DNA from: Zygnema circumcarinatum SAG 698-1b
Taxonomy: Eukaryota; Plantae; Zygnematophyceae
Direction: 5' to 3'
NCBI GenBank assembly: GCA_037447605.1
Contig: CM074810.1
Coordinates: 1,770,880-1,834,879, forward strand
Length of the DNA: 64,000 nt
Part shown: positions 12,201-24,000 of the stretch, one piece after another
How positions within the stretch are numbered: position 1 is the first letter of the stretch
How the letters are laid out: the number at the start of each line of letters is the position of its first letter
Made by a program: the position numbers and the translations under genes
The notes under the pieces: generated by a model
Databases searched by the model: none
What the model saw: only the letters and a program-made list of their open reading frames with translations
What the model was told of the DNA's origin: nothing

Positions 12201-14725
12201 CCCTCCCTCCCTCCCTCCCTCCCTCCCTCCCTCTCTTTTTCCCTTTCACTGCATTAAACCTCACATAATCCTGAAACCCAAATATTTTTCGCACTCTAAT
12301 AATGGTACCGCTACAACTTGGAGTGATGTAGGTGCATTTTCGTACATACCCAAATGATGTTTTGATGCCATGCGGAGGAGAAGAGGATGTGAAGTATTCA
12401 TTTTTCAGCAGCTTGAAGGAGGTAGGGACCCTTTCCTCCCCTCCCCTCCCCTCCTTCCCCCCTCCCTCCTCTCTCACCGCCCCTCCCCATCATTCTCTCC
12501 CCCATTCATCCCTTTCTTTTCTTGCTCCTTCCCTCTCCGCTCTTGCCCTTACTTCCCTTCCCTCCCTCCCTCCTCTCTCCCTCCCTCGTCTCCCCTCCCC
12601 TCCCCCCCATCCCCCTCTCTCTCCCCCTTCAGTGTAACTCAAAGGGTCCCCATAATGCTAAGTTAGAGAGTAGGGGATTGGGAGAGAGAAGGGCAGGCGG
12701 TCTATGCGGCGCAGGGAAGTGCAAAATCCGTTATGGCGTTGTCTCAAACGGAACAGGCGGACATGTGGCGCTCCGTTGTAGAAGGTCAGTTCGAATTCCA
12801 CTCTTGGTTACACACAACTAAAATCTTGTTTGTTTTCCACGGAGGTTGAGAAAGGCATTACAAAAGTGGTAAAAAGTGTTCAGAAGAATCGAATTTGACC
12901 TTTTCTTCAGTCTATGTTTACTATGTTGTTGAATTTTACGTTTTTTTGGGCTAAGTTTTGGGCCAAGTTTTGGGCCTATTCGACGCATAGAGAGGGGGAG
13001 GGGGTTGCTTGCGTTATTCGGTCGAAATTTGGGCGAAATTTTGTGGCTGAAAGCAGGGATGTTTCGGAATTTCTTTGCACTGGAACTTCGCTTTGAAAGA
13101 GACGATGGGTTCGATCTGAATGTTTAATTTTTTGGGTAAACTTGAAATCAAATCGCAGGAGATGGAGCTGCTTACGAAAAGGTCGTGAGGCGACTTCGAC
13201 CGGAAGGTACTTCAAAAATATTTCTTTTAATTTTTCTTCAGTAACAATGTTGTTCTAACTGTTTTTGTATATGTTGTTACTAATGAGTTCGTTTGCTTTT
13301 TAGTTAGGCAATGCTTGGTTTGGTTATCTGCTGGGTTTGGTTTTACAATTTCTTATCGAAGGTGGACAGTATGGGATGGTGTCTAAATGGGGTACAGCGT
13401 CACGTCGCACTGCGAGGATCCCCATGAGACTGTACATGAGAGAGGCGGAGGAAAGAGAGGAAGGAGAGGAGAGAGAGAGAGAGGAGAGAGTCTCTCACAG
13501 CCTTCAATGGGACGAAGTAGCTGTGCTCACACGCTGCATTGAAGATGACGAGAGTTACGGTAAGGCCTCTCTCTCTCCCTATCACTTTTTCTCGCTCTCT
13601 CTTTCTTAACCCTCCTAGCAGCTGTGTTCACTCGGTGCTTTGAAGGTGATGAGAGATACAGTAAGGTTGAAGTTTCTCTCCCTCTCCCTCTCCTCCTTCC
13701 TCTCTCTCTTCCACTCTTTATCACTCTCGTTAACCCTTCCTAGCCTTTCCTCTTCGTCCCTATGCATGTAAAATGTCTCCCTCTCTGACGTAAAATTTGA
13801 ACCATGTCCCTTTTGCTGAATCTCTATATGTATTTTGTTTGTTGCCATTCGGGGTTTAGTGACCTTAAGAAATGCGCTTCAAAAAGTAGTCCCTCACATT
13901 TTCCCATCGGTATCCCAACCTTCAATTCCTTCATCCACAAGTTCAACCATGGTGGCTTCAAAATCTTCAATCTTTCCGACATTAGGTCTTACAACTCCAT
14001 CTCAATTAGACTCAAGATCGAGTTCTTCAGAGAGCTCTCAAAAGAGTTTTGCGGAATTAGGGTTAGAAGAAACTTCAAAGTCAACACTAAAGTCGGAGGG
14101 AGAGAGTGGTTCTGCGGCTTTCGAAGGACAAGACTTGAGAAAGGAAGGGAGCGGAGGGGAGCGGGTGGGAGCTGGGAGAGAGGGAGTGAGAGAGGGAGGA
14201 GGGAGAGAGGGAGGAGGGAGAGAGGGAGCGGGGGTGGGAGGAGGGGCGGAGGGAGGAGAGAGTGAGGGAGGAGAAGGAGAGCGGAAAGAGGCAGAGGGAG
14301 GAGAGAGGGAGGCTGGGGAGAGGGAGGGTGAAGGAGGAACTTTGGAGACTGAAGGAGGAAACAGGGAGGGAGAGAGTGGAGGTAGTGAAGTGAGATCCGA
14401 AAAAAAAGATATGGATTTGAAGACAAGTAGAGAGCCTCAAAGTGAAGAGGAGGAAGGCCGAAACTTTTTAAATGAAGCAAAATCGAGTGGTCGGGCAGGT
14501 GAATTTTTTTTTCAGAGTGAGAAGGTTCCGGAAGCCTCCCGAAAGGAAGGAAATTTTCGAGAGCAAGATTATAACGAGTTCAAAGGGAGAGTTTTAGTTC
14601 ACGGAGTCGAAATTTCCTTGGAGATGCCCGTGAAGTGGTTAGCGCAAAACTTTTGCGGAGCTGACCTTTTTCTTCACATTTGCATTTTCACCAATGCGAC
14701 CCGTCCAAATAGTTTTTCGAAATGA
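9244..14725 (+). CDS. ATG5: Autophagy protein 5 (ATG5), 8 exons plus a possible duplicated mini-exon; the region is doubled across an assembly gap
   Basis: Copy 1 exons: 9244-9360, 9822-9946, 10108-10174, 10347-10436, 10714-10801, 11176-gap. Copy 2 exons: 11231-11345, 11807-11931, 12093-12159, 12332-12421, 12697-12784, 13159-13206, then 13362-13559, (13619-13660) and 13860-14725. Motifs match plant ATG5: IWRGAIPLRVEL, APRNSYLPLL, WFDCNGVPLKWHIPIGVLYD, PWRLIVHFRTYP, YSFFSSLKEA, RIPMRLY, TLRNAL and VHGVEISLEMPVKWLAQNFCGADLFLHI. Confidence 0.95.
9246..13203 (+). repeat. Near-identical ~1.97-kb direct duplication (9246-11220 = 11231-13203) across a 10-N gap, probable assembly artefact
   Basis: Offset is 1985/1983 bp. 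Visible differences are confined to homopolymer and CT-tract lengths. Copy 2 starts at the last base of the ATG, immediately after the N gap. Confidence 0.9.
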
Positions 14726-15668
14726 TTTCAACAATGATCGGGAGGAGGAAAAAAAGGAGGGGGAGGGAGAGGCAGAGGAATTTGTGCAGGTTCTGAATGA
14801 TTTGGCAGCACATAGTGCCTCTCTCTCCTTCCCCCCTCACCCTATCCCCTTTCACTCTCTCTCTCCTCTTAGTCTCCCTCTCTCGCCCCCCATCTCCCTC
14901 CCTTCTCTTCCTCTCCCTCTCCCAGCTCTCCCTTTCTCTGCCCCTGCCTTTCTCTCCCCACACTCGCTCTTCCACCTCCCTCTCTCTCCCCCCTTCCCTC
15001 TCTCTCTCCCTCCGCTCTCTCACCTCCTCTCTCTCCTCTCTCCCTCCCCCCTTCCCTGCCGCCCTCCCGCTCTCCGGTTCCTTATCAATTCTCCCAGCCC
15101 CATTTTGTTTCTTCCCTTTTTTCATTCTTTCGGCATTCGACCTTACAAGTGTACATATAATAACATGAATCGTTGGTACATAATTGTGAAAAGAATAAGC
15201 AGGTCAGGGTATTTTTCTGCGCAATTGCGACTTGACGGAAATAGGTGACATGTAACGGAGTGAGAATTTGGGGAAACCCTAAAAACGCTAAAATCTATTA
15301 CAGAGGCTCTATGTGTCTCAGTTGTTCCACATGTTGTGTTGTATATACGGCTGTTTGATGTAAGATCTTTGAAATCTCTCCTAGAAGATTAAAAAGCAGC
15401 TCTCCCTCTCCCNNNNNNNNNNCCCCTCCCTCCCTCTCCCCCTCCGCCCTCCGCCCTTCCTCCTCCCCCCTCTCCCTCTCCCTTTCCCTCTCCCCCCACC
15501 CCCCCCGAAAATAACAAAAACCACTCAACCATACCAATCCTGCGAATTAATTACTTCAATGGACTATTTGCCGAACCCCAAACACCGCTTTAAGGCTCAA
15601 ATTTCCTGAACCCTATTTCCCGATTTCCTATCTCCCTGAACTATTGCAGTTTCCTGAAAGCCAAAAAA

Positions 15669-18330
15669 TCATTGATTAGAAAAGGCTAAAGTACAAAGGT
15701 CGAGGGCGGAAAACCCCCCCTCCACAAGTTCGATTTCCGTCAGAAAATCTGCCAATAATCGAAGGCAGTCGAAAAAATTATTTTTTGTCTCAAATTCGCG
15801 GCGGGCCCGAGCCAATTTCTCTCCCGCCGCTGAGTCAAAAAAAAATTCCCAATCGGACGGCCACGCGCTGCGGGCATCGCAGTAATCCTGAGGGCCAAAA
15901 CAGTAGCCAATTTTTTTTTTTTTTTTGGAAATCTTGAAATCTCTTAAACCCTAGAAACGCAACTCTTCTTGAACCCCAACTTCAAAAAACATCAAAACCC
16001 TGAACCCTAAAACCCTAAAACCCTAAACCCTACAAACCTGTGACCCTCAGCCCTGAAATCCCAAAGGTCTACGAACTCTAGAAAGGTGGACTCGAACCGG
16101 AGAAAAAAGTGTTTTTTAGGGGGAAAGGGCAAACCGAGTGAGAGGGAGATATGGAGGTAGTGAGAGAGAGAGGAGAGGAGGTGGGAGCGAGGAAGGAGAA
16201 AGAGAGGGAGGAGAAAAGTAGAGGGTGGGGAGGGAGAGGAGAGAGAGAGAGCGAGAGAGAGAGGAAATGAGATATGAAAAATGTTAGAAATGTCTACCTT
16301 CATATTGTTGTGAAAGTGTTTTGGAATTTTCCCGAGAATTTCCGTTCTTTCTTCGCCTTGGCAGGGCCAGCAATAGACCCCATTTTTGGCGGAATTGGAA
16401 CCAATTGGAGCTACCGGGGCGCCATACTTTCTGCAAAAAAAAAAGGGGGGGTTGTCGAGAATTTCATTTACCTGATGTTTTCTTTTATATATATATATAG
16501 GTTCTCTAAGGGGAAAAAAAAATCTTACTTTTTGGGCGGGTATCGAAAATGCCGCCTTGTGAGAACACAGAACGGAACATCCGTTCCGCGATCCACAACG
16601 GAAAGTATGTGTTCCATGTCCAACAGGTCCTGTTTCAGTTCGAGATCATCCCACACCCCAACTCACCCAAAATTTTGTTGCAATATAAAAAAGAAAGGAA
16701 AAAGGTGAAGAAACGTCCTTATCTAAAAATAAGAAAAGGCTATAAACCCTAGATTTCCAAATGTCTCAAAAGCCCGAAAAGAGCTTTTACGAATTTTAAA
16801 ATTGAAAAAATGCAAAATTTTCGTGCGATTTAGACCACTTTGTCTGATCACATTGAATACAACTTATAGGTTTCTGAACGTGGTCTTTTTTTTCAAAGCT
16901 ATAAAGAAACCACTAAAGGTATAAAATGAGTGTAAATGGGGTTTATTGCGGACCAAGAAAAGCTCTTCTGAAGTGAGGTGGCGTCTCTTCCGGCGATGAG
17001 AGCGAGGGAGGGAGGAGAGCCGCGGGAGAGAGGCCAAAGCGGCGCTGCGATTGGAGAGGGAGAAGCGGTCGTTGATGCCCCACCAGTCACTGCCTGAAGG
17101 GGGGGGGAGGGAGGGGGAGGGAGNNNNNNNNNNGGGTGGAGAGGGAGAGGAGAGGGAGAGGGGAGGGGAAAGGGGAGGGGGGAGCGGGGAAGGAAGAGAA
17201 GGGGGGGAGAAGAGGGAGAGGAGAGGGAGAGGAGAGGGGGGAGGTAGAGTAACAGTAGTACAGAGTAAAGAGTAGAGGGTAGTAGAGTGGGATAGCAGTA
17301 GAGTGGGGATAGCGCGGGGGAGGTGGAGGGAGAGCGGAAAAGTGAAGCAACGAGAGATGGATAAGGGGGGGTGGAGTGAGAGAGAAAGTGAAAGGGAAAG
17401 GGTAAGGTAGTAAAAGATCAAAATATGCCATCGCATTACCCACGGATAAATTTCATCGCAAGGGAACTTAGACATGAATATTTGACCTAATTTATATTTT
17501 TCATCCTTAAAATGTGAACGAAAAGAAAAAAACCAACAAGAAAAGGATCAGGTTATCTCACCAGAAGGAATGTAAAACCGGTCTAATCGGAGCGACTCGA
17601 AATCTGAAAACGATTTTGACCAAAACCCGTCCGGCCGGGTCCGCAAAATCCGCTTATACTGAAATCCACTTTTTTTTTCGTATTTTAAAATTAACTCCCG
17701 ACAGCCTTCCACGAGCCCCAAGTACTTGAGCAGTCCCTGCGGACCCTTTGGGGCCGCCAATGTTTTGTGGAGCAGTTCATGAACCATGTTGTCTAAGGGG
17801 ACATCTTTTTGTTCAACAACTCGCAATGCCACAACATGGCTTTCATTCAATAGGTGCATTTTCCACGAATTTTTGTCTTTTGGGACGACGATAAATACGT
17901 CAGTTTTTCCGTTTAACGGAGTCAGGTACCGTTCTATGCTCGGGCCCGTCAGTTCAAAGTGACGGAGTCCGCCAGCGAGGCAAACTGCCGTTCTCCATGG
18001 AACGGGATTAGGGTTTAGGGTTTTAGCGGGATCGAAATTTAGGGTCTCAGAGGGCTCTGGGAAATCTGGGTCTTTTAGGGTTTTGAGGGTTCGTAGGGTT
18101 TCTAGGGTTTCTAGGGGAAGCACAGGTAGGTCGGTGCTAGGAAATAGGGTTTGGGGATGGCGGAAACATGCTTCTTCATGCTTACAATGTTTTTGGGCTT
18201 CAGGGGAAACAAATTGACTCAAAAGGAGGTACAATGTAGGGAGGGAGAGGACAGCCCATATCAGAAAACTCGGTTTTTGGCAAAAAACCGAGGTTTGGGT
18301 TTTTTGGTTTGGCGGGTTTCGGGTCCTCAT
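15669..18330 (-). CDS. Plant DUF7796-like type II membrane protein (possible glycosyltransferase-like fold), 5 exons
   Basis: Exons 17562-18330, 16954-17093, 16529-16629, 16298-16430 and 15669-15887, phases consistent. An N-terminal TM segment is followed by AVCLAGGLRHFELTGPSI, GLLKYLGLVEGC, ILRTRPDGFW, WGINDRF, PFCVLTR, YGAPVAP, NGVYCWPC and YCDARSAWPSDWEFFFDSAAGEKL. These align in order with a conserved uncharacterised land-plant family (name from memory). Confidence 0.85.
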
Positions 18331-18806
18331 GATGGCCGCATTTCAGGCGCTACCTTTCGTCAAAACCCTAACTAGGGTTTTAGGAGGGTTTTAAGTTCTC
18401 CCCTGTAAGGATCAATTTCCGTACAAACTGTCAGAAACGAAATCTCTACAACCCTAATTTATCCATTTTTTAGTTTCTACAATTCAAAAAAAAAAAGAAA
18501 AAAAAGGACGAATTTTGAGAGGTTCATTCCCTGAAACCTGCTCCTTCGAACCCTAATTTCTCCAACCCCCCTCTTTTCTGTTTTTACTTTACTTTTTTCT
18601 TTAAGCCCTAAACCCTAACCCCTTCCGGGTAGGTTTGAATGTAGGCCACTTTTTACTGGACGAGCCACTGACTGGCGTATAGCAAGTACTGTACAGTATG
18701 GCGCCGGCAGTTGGTACAGTAGGTACTGTTCGTACGGTAGCCGTTGGTACCGTTTGATTCCGTCGTACCAGATCTTGTCGTATCAGAACCTGCCGTGTGA
18801 AACAAA

Positions 18807-19191
18807 TAGGGATGGATTAGTTACGACTATATAATATATATTATATTATACAACTGTGACGACTAGATAACGGCTGATATATATTAATTTACAACGCCTT
18901 TACAACATGTACGGTCATACGGTCGTTCGACTGTACGGTATTATGCGGCCCGAGCACGAGCAGACAGAGAAAACCAGACGAACTCATTTCGCAACGCCAA
19001 CGCCAAAACGACCTAATTTTGGTATGGTACGACCGTACGACCGTTCGAGTACGGTCGTACGGTCGTTAATTGTTCAAAACGAGTGGGTATAATATATGTA
19101 ATAAAGTGTTTTACTTTGTAATATATTACTAATTTTAAACCCGTTGTAAAGTATATAATATATTCGGAATTTATAACGCGGGCCATCCCTA
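18807..19191. mobile_element. hAT-type MITE (385 bp)
   Basis: TIR TAGGGATGG...CCATCCCTA, sharing its first 8 nt with the maize Ds TIR. Flanking 8-mers GAAACAAA (18799-18806) and GAAACAAT (19192-19199) match at 7/8. Repeated CGTACGACCG-type subterminal motifs. Confidence 0.8.
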
Positions 19192-19792
19192 GAAACAATA
19201 CAAGAAGGTCGTTACTGTACAGTACCTACTATTTGTCATTTTGAGCCTGGTAAATTTGTCGTTTAGTGCTTGCTGACGGAATATCGTATGAATAGTCGGT
19301 ATATTGAGTGTACAGGTGTGCCATTAACCGACATCTCAAAGTCGACGTTTTCCGTTTATTACCGTACGGTCTCAGTACGGACGAATCTGAAAACTAACGG
19401 CACCATACACATGTCTAATCCCACGCCGCACATCTGCAGTCAACCAATTAGAATAAGCCGTACAGCGAAACAATCTGCCGGCCGGCGATATTCGTGACAA
19501 ACTGGCGATATTCCTGACGGACAGGCGATATTTGATCCGAGGCGGCCGATACGGACCATTCCATTATTTCTTAGCGCATAAAAGGCATCGTGTTGGCGGC
19601 GTCTCCATTGCCTGACATTTATCGGATTTCACAGTAGCACGGCTCACATGGAACTGGAGCTACTCCCCCTTTTCGAAAATGTGAACGCTCCTAACAAGAT
19701 AAATCCCTCATAAAATAGGGGGTCATAATAAAACCCTAAAATTCCAAAATCCCGATTCAGTCGGGATGCGTCCCAAACCGCCCCCCGAAATA

Positions 19793-21018
19793 GGGGGAGT
19801 CAGACCTTGACCATCGCTTACGAAATTCCCGAATTCCTTATACTAAAAGTCACTACTTTCGTGTACGAATTCCGGGTCGGGATCCGCGGCTCCGCCGAGC
19901 CCAGCCGTACCGAAATGCGTGTACCTAGCCAATACTTAATTCGTCCGACAGGCTTACGAAATTGATTTGGCGATGGTCAAGGTCTTCGCAGTTCGGACCA
20001 GTGGATCGGCAACCATTGGACAACCATTGGATGGCAATGGTTGGACGTCTACTGGTTGGCAACCAGTCGACTGGTTGCCAACCAGTGGATGCCACTGGTT
20101 GGCAACCAGTCGAATGGTTGTTTCGGTTTGCAACCACTGGTTGGCAACCAGTCGAATGGTTGCCTACCAGTGGATCCACTGGTTGGCAACCAGTCGACTG
20201 GTTTGGAACCAGTGGATGCCACTGGTTGGCAATCAGTCGAATGGTTGTTTCGATCCGCAACCACTGGTTGGCAACCAGTCGAATGGTTGTTTCGATCCGG
20301 CGGCACTGGTTGGCAACCAGTCGAATGGTTATATCCATTAAATCAAATGGTTGGCAACCATTAAATCACTAGTTGTAGCGAACTGAACGCTACAGTTACC
20401 AAAATGCCGTCGGCGTTTCGGAGAAAACTATTACGGTTCGGTCGTACAGAATCTCCGTACAACCGTACGATTCGGATGTACGAATTCGTACGCATCTGTA
20501 CGGATCAGGCTTGTTACACTAGTTGTCAACGGTTGGCAACCCACCAAAAAACACATACGACCCATTTTTGCAAAAAGGCATAATTTCAGAAATTCAATGG
20601 TTGCCAACCATTGGATCACTGGTTCCGAACCAGTCGAATGGTTGTTTCAGTCCTGCGCCACTGGTTCGCAACCAGTCGACTGGTTTCCAACCAGTGGATC
20701 CACTGGTTGGCAACCAGTCGACTGGTTTGAAACCAGTGGATGCCACTGGTTGGCAACCAGTCGAATGGTTGTTTCGATCTGGCGGCACTGGTTGGCAACC
20801 AGTCGAATGGTTGTTTCGATCCGGCGGCACTGGTTGGCAACCAGTCAAATGGTTGCCAACCAGTGGCATCCACTGGTTCCAAACCAGTCGAATGGTTGTT
20901 TCGGTCCTGAGCCACTGGTTGGCAACCAGTCGAATGGTTGTTTCGGTCCGCAACCACTGGTTGCCAACCAGTCGACTGGTTTGTCTAATGGTCCGATCTG
21001 TGAAGGTCTTACTCCCCC
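19793..21018. mobile_element. Composite non-autonomous TIR element 1 (GGGGGAGT ends) carrying 42-bp arrays
   Basis: Left end GGGGGAGTCAGACCTT, right end reverse complement GGGGGAGTAAGACCTT (15/16 match). Flanks AAATA and TAATA. An internal inverted copy of the TIR-adjacent sequence lies at ~19955-19984. Confidence 0.75.
19990..20990 (+). repeat. Two direct arrays (~19990-20362 and ~20590-20990) of a ~42-bp unit with a palindromic core ACTGGTTGGCAACCAGT
   Basis: Example unit: CCACTGGTTGGCAACCAGTCGAATGGTTGTTTCGATCCGCAA. The ~14-nt variable parts are related to each other. The ORFs seen in several frames arise because 42 is divisible by 3. Confidence 0.92.
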
Positions 21019-21023
21019 TAATA

Positions 21024-24000
21024 GGGGGAGTCAGACCTTGACCATCGCCAAATCAATTTCGCCAGCCCTTCGCGCCAATTCTGCTCTGTACGGCAGGCCT
21101 TTTTCGCCAAAAGTGGACGTTCGACAGGCTCGGGCGTCACGAATTCAAGAAAGCAATTATTTTACCTTCGTATCTCCGAGCCAGGTCTGACCCCCCCCTT
21201 TTCGCCCCGCCGCGCTCCCTCCGCCGCCTGCCGCCCGCCGCCCTCCGTTTTGTCGCCACGCGCGTCACCACCGCGCGAGCGCCGTCCCACCGCGGCGCCT
21301 CGCGCCCGCCGCCTGCTCGCCTGCTAGCTCGCTGCGAGCTCAGATCTGCACGGGTTTAGGGCTTAGGGTTCCTCCCTCGCCACCGCCCGAGCCATCCTTG
21401 CAGGGGAGTGAGCAGAGCGTCGTCTCGCCTTCCCCCAGTGAACGGTGAGCGGTGAGTCGGCGACGACGGCAAAAGCGCGATCGGTTTTTAGGGACGACGG
21501 CGGACTTGAGCAGCGGTGAGTCCTTGCCCTTGCCCCTGCCCGTGCCTCCCCTGCCCCTGCTCCTGCCTCCCTTGCCTTTGCCCATGCCTCCCTTGTCTCC
21601 CTTGCTGCTGTTGCTATTGCTGCTGCTTTTTCTGCTGCTGCTGTTCTTGCTGCCGTTCGTGCTGCTGCTGGTGTTGATGTTGTTGCTGCTTTTTCTCCTG
21701 CTGTTGCTGTTGTTATAATGCTGCTGCTGCTTTTTCTGGTGCTGCTTTTTCAACTCTTGCTTTTTCTTTCCTGTTGTTGCTATTGCTGTTGTTGCTACTG
21801 TTGCTGCTGCTGCTGCTGTTGATGTTGCTGTTGCTTTTTCTGCTCTTGCCTTTTCTCCTGCTGCTCTTGCTGCTATTGCTATTGCAGTGTTGCTGCTGTT
21901 ACTCTTGCTGCTGCTGCTGCTATTCTTCTTTTTCTACTGCTGCTGCTGTTGCTGTTGTTTATGCTGCTGCTATTGTCGATGCCGCTGCTGCTGCTTTTTG
22001 TGGTGTTGCTTTTTCTGCTTTTGCTTTTATGCTGTTACTGCGGCAGCAATTTTTATTATTTTTTGGATGTTGCATTTGGTATTCTGCATTCTTCATTCCT
22101 CATTTCGCAATCCGCATTCCGCATTTTGCCTCCCTTGCCCATGCCCCAGCCTCCTTTGCCTTTGCCCCTTGCTGTGTTGCCCTTGCCTCTGTCTTCCCTT
22201 CCTTTTGCTTGTGCCTCTCATTCCTTCGCTTATGCTTTTGCTGCGTGTATGAGTGTGTGTTATTCCTTCCCCTCCCCATTAAGTCGAAGTGGCGGATTGG
22301 TTACGCAACTGTTGCAAAACAGTAGTAAAGGGGTTCAAATCCCCTCTTCGACTTGTAGTGTTTACTCATTCTTCTATTTTTATTATTTAAAGTTTTTGTG
22401 TTTTTGCTTCATATGCCAAGCATATGTTGTTATTTTTTCTAGTTGTTTTTATTCCAGCTATCCATTCTTTATTCTATATATTATTCTATATGCTTCTGCT
22501 ACTGCTATTGCTATTGCGGCATGCTTTTTCTTTTGCTGCTACATTTTGCATTCCGCATTCCCTAGTCGGCATTCCGCATTCCGCATTCTGCATTCCGCAT
22601 TCTGCATTCCGCATTCTGCATTTCGCAGTCTGCCTCCCTTGCCCTTGCCCTGCCTCCCTTGCCTTTGCCCCTTACTATGTTGCCCTTGCCTTTGTCTACC
22701 GCCTCCAGTTCCTTTGCCTATGCTTGTGTTGTGTGTATGAGTGTACGTTATTCCTCCCCTTCCAATTAAGTCGAAGTGGCGAATTGGTTACGCAACTATT
22801 GCAAAACAGTAATAAAAGGGTTCAAATTCCCTCTCCAACTTGTAGTGTTTATTCTATTTTTATTCACTTATAGTTTTGGTGTTTTTGCGTCATATGTCAA
22901 ATATTTGTTGTTATTTTTTTGTTATCTTTTTTGCTTTTTGCCTTTATTTGTTTCAATTGATAAGATTGTATAAATGTTTCTGAATCTTCCTTTAGCATAC
23001 ACAACTACTACTCTTTCTTTGTTCTTATAAAAACACATTAACGCAAATAATTCATACACATATATACATACACACAAACATATATAAAAATACTTCTTGT
23101 ATACAAAATAAAAACCTTGTCTCATTATAAAAACTTGTGCCATTCATTCTCAATTTAGTAAATACTGGCATCACTAAGACACCCCCCCCCTGCCCTCCCT
23201 CCCTCCCTCTCTCTATGCACACACTTTTTTGAGTTCTCCTATATTCTACTTTAAGCGATTCTAAATGCAAATAATATCATGTTATAACATTGATGGGTTT
23301 TTACGCTGCTCCAATAATGCGTAATCTGTGTTCTTCTTAAGAATCTTAGATTTGTCATTTCTGTTCTTCTTCTTCATCTTGGATTCGCCTTGCCTCAGTA
23401 AACTCTCATTGTTGTTTCTCCCACTCCAATTCGTTGCATCTTCACTTGAGATTCCACTTCTTGATCTTGGATTTGCCTTGCCTCAGTAAAACTCTCATTG
23501 TTGTTTCTCCCACTACAGTCTTTGTCGTTGCATCTTCACTTGAGATTCCACACAAGCCATTACTTTGTGTTTCATTTGTACATTCATGGGAGAAGCGTAT
23601 TCAATGTTCTAAATTGCGCTAAAACAACAACCCAATTCAAAGTTCAATGACATACAATCATACACACAATAGAAGCATAAGCAAAGGAAGAGGGGCACAA
23701 GCAAAGGCAAGGAAGACAAAGGCAAGGGCAACACAGCAAAGGGCAAAGGCAAGGGAGGCTGGGGCAGGAGCAAGGGAGGCAAAATGCGTATTGCAGAAAG
23801 CAGCATCAAAAACAAAAAAAAAAGAATGTTGCAACAGCAGCAAGAGCAACAGCAGCAACAGCAACAGCAGATAGGATAAAATATAGAATAAAGAGTAGAT
23901 AGATCGAATAAAAACAACTAAAAAAAAATAACAACAAATATTTGGCATATGAAGCAAAAACACAAAAAGTTTAAATAAATAAAAATAGAAAGTGAATAAA

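Noticed and set aside
20368-20525. Mini-Helitron (hairpin GTAGCG/CGCTAC next to CTAG on the minus strand)
   Set aside because: The hairpin is only 2 nt from CTAG, there is no convincing 5' TC end, and a CACTAGTTGT direct repeat explains the boundary equally well.
19925-21190. CRISPR-like array or repeat-protein ORFs
   Set aside because: The variable segments are only ~14 nt and homologous to each other, there are no cas genes, and the context is eukaryotic. The open frames result from the 42-bp period.
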